The notes under the pieces were generated by a model. That model was not told the DNA's origin. It searched no databases and saw nothing but the letters and a program-made list of their open reading frames with translations. A stretch of DNA of 64,000 nucleotides from an uncultured virus (IMG/VR IMGVR_UViG_3300007512_002205) (Duplodnaviria; Heunggongvirae; Uroviricota; Caudoviricetes), in the IMG/VR virus record IMGVR_UViG_3300007512_002205, positions 1 through 64,000 of that record; one strand, given 5' to 3'. Positions 56,128-64,000 of the stretch are shown here, in pieces (within the stretch, counting starts at the first letter, position 1; every line of letters starts with the position of its first letter). The translations under genes and the position numbers were made by a program.

Positions 56128-57795
56128 TTATTTCTCTATGTAAAAATACCTATTATAAATAGGAAGGCTGGTCTTTTCAGTTGGAATAACTCCAAGATCA
56201 TTGTTCAGATAAGGGTTCAGTCTACATAGTATTTTTTGACCCGCTGGGATCTCTTCTATGATTGACTTTTTAAGAGGTGTCCACGCCTCTGCAAAGGTAG
56301 AACTCTGAGCTTCTAAGTACTCTACATTAACAAGGTTCTTGAAATTATTCCAAAGCAAGCCAAACAAAAGAACGTTGCTTCTTATAGGTTCTCCAGCATC
56401 ACTAAATATCAAACTCTGCTCTTCTTTTCGATATTCTCCGTACAAAAATTGCAATTGAATTGGCAAATCATCTATACCCTCTCTCAGCTTCTCAAAAACC
56501 CTTCTGAAAAATAGTCTATCCGAATTGATAAAATTATCCACTTCACGAAGAACGGTTACAAGCATAAGAAGCTTGGCTTTGTTTTTTGAATACACAGCTT
56601 TCTTATCGATTTCTGCGCTCTTTACCTCGACCTCTAAAGACGATTCCATAGCCGCACCCGTTTGCAAACCTGTTGCCACCTGTTGTGTCACTTTGGTTTT
56701 TGGCCGCCTCTTTCCATGAGTAGTCTCAACTGAAAAAGAAGTGGCAGTGCTCATCTCAGATAAGCCAACATTGTGATTGATTCCCGTGTGGCTTATAAGG
56801 CTCGTTTGTAACAAAACATCAACCGTTTCTTGTCGATCTTTTGGTGTTACATCAAAATGAATTCTTTTGTTTGCATTGAGAATATTCAAAAACACTATTG
56901 CGTTTTCAGAAACCTCCTTGTTCAATTCGTTTTTCGCTATTTTGTTAAAAAAGTTGAAATTGGCACTATCAAACAAAGAGCCGTTTACATCAAATTCCCT
57001 CGGAGATAAATGAATTGACTCTCCTGACAAATTGTACCTCTCTTCTTCGGAGGAAACTCTCCCCAGAAACTCTTCCGAAGTAAAAGAAACTATTTCGTCT
57101 GTGGTTATTTCCCTTGGAATAACGTACTCAACCCCATCAAGTTCATTTTCAAAACGAAGTTCCTCTGTGAACAAGTTTTTGAGTATCGCAATGTCATTTG
57201 TTTTTGACTCTTTAAAAACCTCGATTCTCGCCTTTATATTATGAAAAAGTTTATCAAGATTAAATGTTTCATCTCCGGGATAAACAACGTTATATAACTC
57301 AAAAGCAAAATCCTGCATATCTGGTGAAAAGAAATCCTTGTCTACAAAATTTTGAACTGCTATATCGTATGTCACATCTCGATAATAAACCCTTGCCTGT
57401 AGATTGAAATCCTTAAGCTTTCTAGCATCAGTGTATTTTGCCCCACCACTAATCTTCAAAAAAGGGTGGTCTTCGTTGACAAACAAAGTGTTTTCTTGTG
57501 TGTTCTCGACGATAACCGTTTCATCCTTTGAGACAAGCTCCGTCTTTATTGAAAAAATTGCATCTGATAATAGTTCGTCACCTACTCCTTCAAGATCCAG
57601 CATCTCTGGAAACCTGCTTTTGTCCAAAAACAACTGGCGAGTGTCCACATAAAAATAGAAAGCAAAGTTCCCTTCACCATCAAATGTATGGTGCAGTCTT
57701 GAAAAATAAGGCTTATCGTATAAGAGAAAAAGGTTTTTATTTGCCCTAGAGTTTCTGTCTAAATCACCTGAAAACGGGGCAATCGTCAAAGTCAT
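56128..57795 (-). CDS. hypothetical (probable structural) protein
   Basis: 555-aa ORF in late cluster. Confidence 0.55.
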   Translation of the reverse strand: MTLTIAPFSGDLDRNSRANKNLFLLYDKPYFSRLHHTFDGEGNFAFYFYVDTRQLFLDKSRFPEMLDLEGVGDELLSDAIFSIKTELVSKDETVIVENTQENTLFVNEDHPFLKISGGAKYTDARKLKDFNLQARVYYRDVTYDIAVQNFVDKDFFSPDMQDFAFELYNVVYPGDETFNLDKLFHNIKARIEVFKESKTNDIAILKNLFTEELRFENELDGVEYVIPREITTDEIVSFTSEEFLGRVSSEEERYNLSGESIHLSPREFDVNGSLFDSANFNFFNKIAKNELNKEVSENAIVFLNILNANKRIHFDVTPKDRQETVDVLLQTSLISHTGINHNVGLSEMSTATSFSVETTHGKRRPKTKVTQQVATGLQTGAAMESSLEVEVKSAEIDKKAVYSKNKAKLLMLVTVLREVDNFINSDRLFFRRVFEKLREGIDDLPIQLQFLYGEYRKEEQSLIFSDAGEPIRSNVLLFGLLWNNFKNLVNVEYLEAQSSTFAEAWTPLKKSIIEEIPAGQKILCRLNPYLNNDLGVIPTEKTSLPIYNRYFYIEK

Positions 57796-57798
57796 AAG

Positions 57799-58581
57799 TT
57801 ATTCCTCACAGAAATCATCTTCTTTCAGAGTTTCTGTACCATAAATATTCTTGATTTTGAAAAGGTGTTTTTGTGTTGCAACGTCATCTTCCAAAATATT
57901 AAGGTAGTGTCCGACAAATTCGCTTGAAAACTCTTTATCTGACATTTCCAGTGGCACCAACGAAGCGGTGTTGTTCGAATCATAATTGATCTTGTAGACC
58001 TCGTAATACAACTCCTGCTCTTCTCCCAAATCAAAAGCGTTGTTCTCCTCAAATGTAAAGAGCAAATCGTTTGAATCCTTTTCCAATGTAACCCTTTTCA
58101 TATTCTTGTCAGCGTTGTTCTTGTAATTCTCAGAATATATGTCGTATTTAACTTCAAGATTCAATTGCGGGATTCTTTCAAGGTGAGCTTTCATCTCATC
58201 AGAGGTATTTCCCTTGACCCCTGTTGGGAACGAAATATAACTTCCTGTATCGACAAACCCTTCTTGCATGATCACTTTCCACGAAGGCGCGCTTTGGGTT
58301 AGCGTTGTGACATGTCCAAGCTCGTTGTAAAGCTTCACTGTCGGAACCTCTGTCTTCGCAATGTTTGAACCAACAACTGATGTGATCGCCTTAACTTTAA
58401 GGTCCTTCTTGATTCTTTTAGCTATTTCATTCTGAAGCTCGCCTGAAGCGTTGTCGTAAACAACTTCATCATCAAAAAAGCGATATCCGTAAGGAGCCAA
58501 TTTTCCCTTGGCATACAGTTCTCGCCCTTTCTTTGTCAAAACAAAATCGAGCACCTCTTCTTTTTTGTTGAAGAATTCCAT
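57799..58581 (-). CDS. structural protein, N-terminus related to 51671 protein
   Basis: DFVLTKKGRELYA...YRFFDDEVVYD resembles DAVLTTAGRRRLA...FALSDDEIDY. Confidence 0.6.
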   Translation of the reverse strand: MEFFNKKEEVLDFVLTKKGRELYAKGKLAPYGYRFFDDEVVYDNASGELQNEIAKRIKKDLKVKAITSVVGSNIAKTEVPTVKLYNELGHVTTLTQSAPSWKVIMQEGFVDTGSYISFPTGVKGNTSDEMKAHLERIPQLNLEVKYDIYSENYKNNADKNMKRVTLEKDSNDLLFTFEENNAFDLGEEQELYYEVYKINYDSNNTASLVPLEMSDKEFSSEFVGHYLNILEDDVATQKHLFKIKNIYGTETLKEDDFCEE

Positions 58582-61500
58582 TATTCCTTAAACCCCAGCC
58601 CAAGCTTTATCCGAGCCATTTCCACCAACGAGAAGAAATCATATGGCCAGTTATAATTGTACTTATACTCTGTTTTATCACTATCCCCGACAAGATCGTT
58701 CATAAACTTACTGTATTTCTTGACCGCCAATTTTTTGGACTTGAAAACTTTAAACCTTAAATTCTTCGGCAAAACCCCTCCAAAACTTTCCAACATTTTT
58801 GGGGAAATTATTTCACCCTTCTTTATGGGGTGTTTAAGTTTAACGGTCTGTTCTTCAGAAACCAAGCCGATCTGCGGCAAGACCCCCTGCCACCACTTAC
58901 CCAAATCATCTTGAGAAAGATTGTGTTTGAAGTCTATGAGGTACATAGCATATGGTGACAAAACCGGATTATATTCAACAGGGTTATCAATTTGGACACT
59001 GGATTCGTCCCGCCTCTTCACAAAGTCAAATTTTGGTGGCAAAACGATCTGCCTTGTTCGCCTGATCATGTCGACAAGGGAGCTGCTCACAATGCTGCCA
59101 GAACCCTCACTTAAGTAAGCCTCTTCGAACTCTACCAAATCCAACTTAAGAAACGACTCTTCGTTATTGTCATCTAAGTAATACGGAATAACAACAACCG
59201 TTTCCCCAATCTCTTTTGTTTTCGCGACTTCTCCAATTCTTCTGTCTTCTTCTGTTATACCAACAGCTTTAAACAGAGATCCTGTTGATCTAATAAGGTT
59301 GGGTCCGACACCAGCCTCATTATCTACCGTTTGTAAAAACAAACCTTCCGTCCTGTTTGTGGGAACTTTCCCATACTGATGCCACAAACCCTTTACAGCC
59401 ATGGTCGGCTCGCTTCCTGTAGTAAGAGGATTCGAATCTATCATATTGATTGCAGGGGATTCCCACTTAGTATGGATATTCCACTTATCGCTTTCAACAG
59501 AGCGCCCAAACAAATTGACACTCGCACTTATCGGCATGAAATTGAAAACGTTATTTGTTTCCATCAAATCATTCGTGAAAAGCAGAGATGAGTGGTTGAT
59601 TATGTCATCAAGTGTAAATTTGCCCTGTATAAATCTATCAGGATCTTGCTGAAACACTCCTGCGGGATCAAAAAGAATCCTAACATAAGCTGTGTTTGAA
59701 GCCTGCCCATTTGCTGTATCATACGGACCAAAGATTCCATAATATGGTGGAACGTGATGAACGTTCGATGATGTAAAATCAGATTGATGCCCAAAATAGT
59801 TTGCAGCATCATGGACTGTCATGTTTTCTGTCTTTCTTATTTTTACATGCCCAATGTATTTTGCGATACCAAAAGATCCTGTTACACTTTCAAATTTCCA
59901 TTCGCTCTCTGGCCTTGACTCAAAGCTAATTGGCTTCCCACCCTCAATAAAAGTATCGACCACAGAAGGATACCAGTTATCTGCCATACGAGTGTATACG
60001 CTATCATTGTCAAGGCCAAACGTCCCTGTTGAATCAACCCGAATTTCAGAATCTGTGTCCGCTATCTCAAGAAGTGAAGATATCTTAAAGAATTCTTTAA
60101 CCGGATCTATTATTGCCTCAAATGGCATCGCTTGACTATCCTTTCTGTATGGGTTGTCAGCGGATATTTCTTTAAGAGCCTCGTGGTCAGCAAAGGTCGT
60201 CGAATCCAATATTGGATAATCAACAGCAAGACCTGATTTGATTGAATTGTAACAGATTCCTGGTGAATAAAACGGTGTTAAAATTGTTCTAAAGTTTGCA
60301 TCGTTACCAGCCAAAGTCGACTTTGCGCTATAAGTGTTCTGAAACTGCTTCGCCAATTGCAGTGTTCTCTGTTGTGGGTAAAACCCATAATACGGTAACA
60401 GTTTTAATAGGCCATCGATTTCAATCTCAACGTGTGCCAATTTAGCATTGTGAGTGTTTATTACATCTTGTGCCCCAATCAAATAATCACTATGTGCATA
60501 TGTTTCCAAAAACGACGATGTTGAAGAAAGCGCAAGTGTGCCTGTGAGTTCAAGTTGGTGAAGATCATCAATGAATTCATCACTACCAGATTTGGCATAC
60601 GCTTCAATGACATTGGAAATATTGTATTCTGGTAAAATTGAATAGCCTTGCCCTTTCAAACGCAGCTCTTCCGAAAAACTCTTATATGTATCAAAAAACG
60701 GTCCAGTGTTCGCGTCACTATGAACGGTATTCTTTGGCAACTCCTCTCCATAAAAACGACCATATCTTGCAGAAATATACAAGGAATCTGGTGTTGGTTC
60801 GAAAGTTCCTGTTATGTCCTGTTGTGAATAGAAAGTGTCATTATCGCCCTGAACAAGCTCGCCGTTTCTACCATCAGATGTTGCGTCCATTGGCCAAACA
60901 CTAAAACCAAGAGGTCCATCCGATTCAAATGGTGATATCCCAAAGGAGTTCGTAATATTTGTAAGCCTGTTGCCTTCGGTCGTTCTCCATGGGAAAAAGA
61001 ATTGCTCACGCTCTCTCGTATTTTTTATAAAAGCCTTTGACTCTCGTGGCCAAATTGTTTCATTGTGCTGTAGAGTCACAAACTTCACAGAGCCGGTGTA
61101 TGATAATGCAATGTTGTTCAGCACAGAATCATCTTTGTTGGACGTTCGCGCGTTCTTTTTCCTAGAAATGTTTATCATCCTATTGGCTGAAGGGTCGTAA
61201 TAGTCTCCAAAAAAATCATAGTTGTTTGTGTGGGTGTATTTTATCGTAACGTTTTCCTTATCAACCTCGATTGTGTGATTTATAGGAAGGAACTTCTTAC
61301 TCACAGGTGGATGAGTCACATCGCAAAGGGCTCCAGATGTCAAACCAGCCTTATTTTGGAACTCTTCAATGTGTTGGTATCTGTTTGTTCTTCTTAGGTT
61401 TCTTGTCGTTGGGTGTTCATATCCACGAATCTGCTTAAACATTGGATGCTGATAGGGGCCATTGAGAGTCAAAAGGTAAGCGTTCAACTTCTCATATTCC

Positions 61501-63233
61501 TCAAGTGTTCCAAGAATATCAACACTTCTTGACTGAACAGTATTTGAACTTGAAAGATCCAATTGCATGATGGTTGTCATTCCGACAAATGGAGTTGAAA
61601 ATCCATCAGCATTTAATTCACTTTCGCTAACAACGGTCAATGCTGGTGTTTCACCATCAGAACTTGTTGTCATCCCATCAAACTGTGCTCTACCATACAA
61701 AAGAGGGTGTGATTTCTCAATCAAAGCTGACGCGGTGATCCAAGCATAACGAATATCGCTCTTCGGAATGGCGTATTGGACAAAATAATTGTCATATTTT
61801 GAGCCTGACAAGTAGGTTGTGTTGGTTAGTGGGCGCAGTTCCTGTACAGGATTGCTGTTGATTTTGTGGAAAGATGCCGTTATCTCTGGGCCTCTGCCAA
61901 TTGCGGCAGAACCAGATCTTAGGCCACCAAACCGATTCGGCAAAGATAAAAGAGTTACAAGTGGTTGTCTTACGGTTAAATTTCTATAGGGCAAAGCACT
62001 ATAAACCGTATATTGGCCAGAAGCGACATCAAGGAATCCACCGTGAGTTTCCGGCGATCCTGGGGCGTCGAACCTTGTCACGATGACGGTCTTGTTGAAT
62101 GAGCTGCTGTGTTCTGCCAAATGTCTTCTTGGCATATCGAAATCCAAAACGCCAGATACAGTCGTCGATTCTCCCTCTTGGATATTGAACCCATTATTGT
62201 CAATAAATGCCAAATTATTGTTGGTGGCTTGAACCACTTGATAGTTTTTATCAAAGTTTCCAATAAAATCAGATGCTGTATGGTATTCAACATTCTTTAT
62301 ATTCACAGCTCTGCGGACGAACTCCTCACTTGAATACTTTGAGAATGGACGATCAACATCTCTTTCGTCAACCCCTGTCGTCCTTCCTTCTCGCACATAA
62401 ACAATTCCGCCTGAAGAGTCGACTCTGAACATTTCCGGTCTTGTCTCTGCTGTGTCTGAACCATCGGAAAGCTTTTGCCTTCTATGAAGGAACCCACCAA
62501 CATGCGTTCTTGTGAACGGGCCTTGAAGTGGTTTTGAATAATCACCATAATAAACGTCGTCGTGGTGCCCTAGCATCTGGACAGGGTGAGACAGGGTGAG
62601 TGCCGTCTGATATCCTTTATTTATGGAACTGCTATATAAAACAAAAGGTAAGATGTTATACCCATGAACCTCTGCATTGTTCAGAACATCGTTGGGAACA
62701 ACGCTAACGACAGTTTTTTCCACATCTTTTGAAGGATAATCTTTTGAGGTGTAAATCTGATCCGAGTCCAAAGTTACATTGTAATAGTCTCCCGTGTCAA
62801 CCGAGAAATACCCTCTGAAATGGTCAGGTGTGTGCCCTTTGTTTTTGTTGAGGCCTCCGACGAAACAACGACTTTTCTTAAGAGAAAGTGTGTAAGGTTT
62901 TCTGTTTAGAAAAGAATAGTCTCTGTTGTAAATCGCATGGATATTAATTCTGCTTTTTACTTCACCAGAGCTGTTTGTCGGAAAACTATTGGCGTTTCTT
63001 TCTGCTCTCAGGTTCCACCAAACATTTGTTCCGGTAGATTCTTTTGATGCGTCATATCGGCGATTTTCATATTTCTTTTCTTCTTCAGAGACAAAAGGCT
63101 TCCCTTCCTCTGTTACATTGTATTTCTTCTCAACGTACTCAGGTGTCTCATGGACAACACCAATCACAGACGGAACGTCATCTACGTTTGTCTGTGGGTG
63201 ATGTTCACTTGAAGGTCTTCCTTTACCTATCAC
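58581..63233 (-). CDS. very large virion (baseplate-associated) protein, about 1550 aa
   Basis: Long Ser/Thr/Gly-rich ORF ending YNYNWPYDFFSLVEM; best start GTG 63233 after GAGGAGG, or a frameshift continuation of the upstream ORF. Confidence 0.65.
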   Translation of the reverse strand: MIGKGRPSSEHHPQTNVDDVPSVIGVVHETPEYVEKKYNVTEEGKPFVSEEEKKYENRRYDASKESTGTNVWWNLRAERNANSFPTNSSGEVKSRINIHAIYNRDYSFLNRKPYTLSLKKSRCFVGGLNKNKGHTPDHFRGYFSVDTGDYYNVTLDSDQIYTSKDYPSKDVEKTVVSVVPNDVLNNAEVHGYNILPFVLYSSSINKGYQTALTLSHPVQMLGHHDDVYYGDYSKPLQGPFTRTHVGGFLHRRQKLSDGSDTAETRPEMFRVDSSGGIVYVREGRTTGVDERDVDRPFSKYSSEEFVRRAVNIKNVEYHTASDFIGNFDKNYQVVQATNNNLAFIDNNGFNIQEGESTTVSGVLDFDMPRRHLAEHSSSFNKTVIVTRFDAPGSPETHGGFLDVASGQYTVYSALPYRNLTVRQPLVTLLSLPNRFGGLRSGSAAIGRGPEITASFHKINSNPVQELRPLTNTTYLSGSKYDNYFVQYAIPKSDIRYAWITASALIEKSHPLLYGRAQFDGMTTSSDGETPALTVVSESELNADGFSTPFVGMTTIMQLDLSSSNTVQSRSVDILGTLEEYEKLNAYLLTLNGPYQHPMFKQIRGYEHPTTRNLRRTNRYQHIEEFQNKAGLTSGALCDVTHPPVSKKFLPINHTIEVDKENVTIKYTHTNNYDFFGDYYDPSANRMINISRKKNARTSNKDDSVLNNIALSYTGSVKFVTLQHNETIWPRESKAFIKNTREREQFFFPWRTTEGNRLTNITNSFGISPFESDGPLGFSVWPMDATSDGRNGELVQGDNDTFYSQQDITGTFEPTPDSLYISARYGRFYGEELPKNTVHSDANTGPFFDTYKSFSEELRLKGQGYSILPEYNISNVIEAYAKSGSDEFIDDLHQLELTGTLALSSTSSFLETYAHSDYLIGAQDVINTHNAKLAHVEIEIDGLLKLLPYYGFYPQQRTLQLAKQFQNTYSAKSTLAGNDANFRTILTPFYSPGICYNSIKSGLAVDYPILDSTTFADHEALKEISADNPYRKDSQAMPFEAIIDPVKEFFKISSLLEIADTDSEIRVDSTGTFGLDNDSVYTRMADNWYPSVVDTFIEGGKPISFESRPESEWKFESVTGSFGIAKYIGHVKIRKTENMTVHDAANYFGHQSDFTSSNVHHVPPYYGIFGPYDTANGQASNTAYVRILFDPAGVFQQDPDRFIQGKFTLDDIINHSSLLFTNDLMETNNVFNFMPISASVNLFGRSVESDKWNIHTKWESPAINMIDSNPLTTGSEPTMAVKGLWHQYGKVPTNRTEGLFLQTVDNEAGVGPNLIRSTGSLFKAVGITEEDRRIGEVAKTKEIGETVVVIPYYLDDNNEESFLKLDLVEFEEAYLSEGSGSIVSSSLVDMIRRTRQIVLPPKFDFVKRRDESSVQIDNPVEYNPVLSPYAMYLIDFKHNLSQDDLGKWWQGVLPQIGLVSEEQTVKLKHPIKKGEIISPKMLESFGGVLPKNLRFKVFKSKKLAVKKYSKFMNDLVGDSDKTEYKYNYNWPYDFFSLVEMARIKLGLGFKE

Positions 63234-64000
63234 TTCCGCCGCCTCCTCGACCAAATGCTATGTCGATATAAAACTTGTTATTGTAATACAAAACCCTGTT
63301 GCGATCCAACGAAGCCACTCTCTTGTTTGGTTTGTCAACAATTGCCCCTTCTTTTTCTTGTGGTCTGTTCGAAGCTTTCCCAACCTTGTTTGTTTTTGTG
63401 AAACCTGCCGATGTTTCTTTTGTTCTGTCTGTATATAATAGTTTTTGCCTATATTTATTTCTCTCAAGAATGTGGTTTTCAATTACAGTGTTGACCTCTT
63501 CCGACGAATCAGCCGATGCGGGGACAAGATTCAACACAACCACATCAAGTGCCGCATCCAACCATTTGTACAATGAAACATACTTGTCTAAATCAGGATC
63601 GTTTTCAATCTTATCAAAAAATAATTGTCTTAAATACTTAAGGCCCTTGTATTCTGTTTCAAAACTGTTGACTGGCTCACCAACAAGGTTGTTAAAATCA
63701 ACAACCGTTGCAAAAAAGTCAAGCATGTTTCTTGAAATGATATCGTACATACTTGATTCAAACGCAAAGTAATATTTGATCGGGCGAGCTTCTCTTATGA
63801 AAACGTCATCTCTTTCAAGGATTTGAATCATGTCAGATGAGTTTAAGTTCTCTGGCATTTGTTGTTTTGAAGTTGGAACAAACTCCACCTTTTTGACATT
63901 TCCGCTTGATGTGAAAAACTTTCCTTGCCCATAATGTTGGATATCTACAAGATCTGAATAATCAATGTATCTCGATGCCAACGCAAGTGAACCAGACGAA
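63223..64000 (-). CDS. large virion protein, C-terminal part (5' end outside window)
   Basis: Reading frame stays open to the window edge; FESSMYDIISRNML, IENHILERNKY. Confidence 0.6.
   Translation of the reverse strand, partial: SSGSLALASRYIDYSDLVDIQHYGQGKFFTSSGNVKKVEFVPTSKQQMPENLNSSDMIQILERDDVFIREARPIKYYFAFESSMYDIISRNMLDFFATVVDFNNLVGEPVNSFETEYKGLKYLRQLFFDKIENDPDLDKYVSLYKWLDAALDVVVLNLVPASADSSEEVNTVIENHILERNKYRQKLLYTDRTKETSAGFTKTNKVGKASNRPQEKEGAIVDKPNKRVASLDRNRVLYYNNKFYIDIAFGRGGGGSDR

Noticed and set aside
1..64000. tRNA/rRNA genes, introns, inteins, homing endonucleases, alternative genetic code, chimallin
   Set aside because: Intergenic gaps are short with no cloverleaf seen; core genes have normal uninterrupted lengths under code 11; nothing recognisable as chimallin. 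A covariance/HMM scan would be needed to fully exclude these.

Overview
A 64 kb segment of a large T4-like (contractile-tailed) dsDNA bacteriophage genome. It is AT-rich, and essentially every credible gene is on the minus strand. In transcription order (high to low coordinates) it holds: very large virion/baseplate-type proteins (48.5-64 kb); RuvC-like resolvase, primase, a nucleotidyltransferase and a fused SbcD-SbcC nuclease; a putative lysis cluster and a myxobacterial-type surface lipoprotein; the head module (terminase, portal, prohead protease, ribosomal protein bS21, scaffold, major capsid); the neck/tail module (gp13/14/15, sheath, two tubes, chaperone, tape measure, baseplate); a stripped-down family A polymerase coupled to a divergent tubulin/FtsZ-like gene; then gp32 SSB, RecA/UvsX, ligase, GGCT, a ~1 kb high-GC island, a 5' nuclease, DnaB helicase and small accessory genes. 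The most notable observations are the mini-PolA/tubulin pair, a pervasive [S/T]-[G/A/S]-S motif concentrated in virion proteins, a WCTAnTTAH late-promoter motif, several frame-split genes, bS21 in a phage that uses SD/sigma70 signals, and hints of a Myxococcota-like host. All calls come from motif recognition by eye; no database searches were run.
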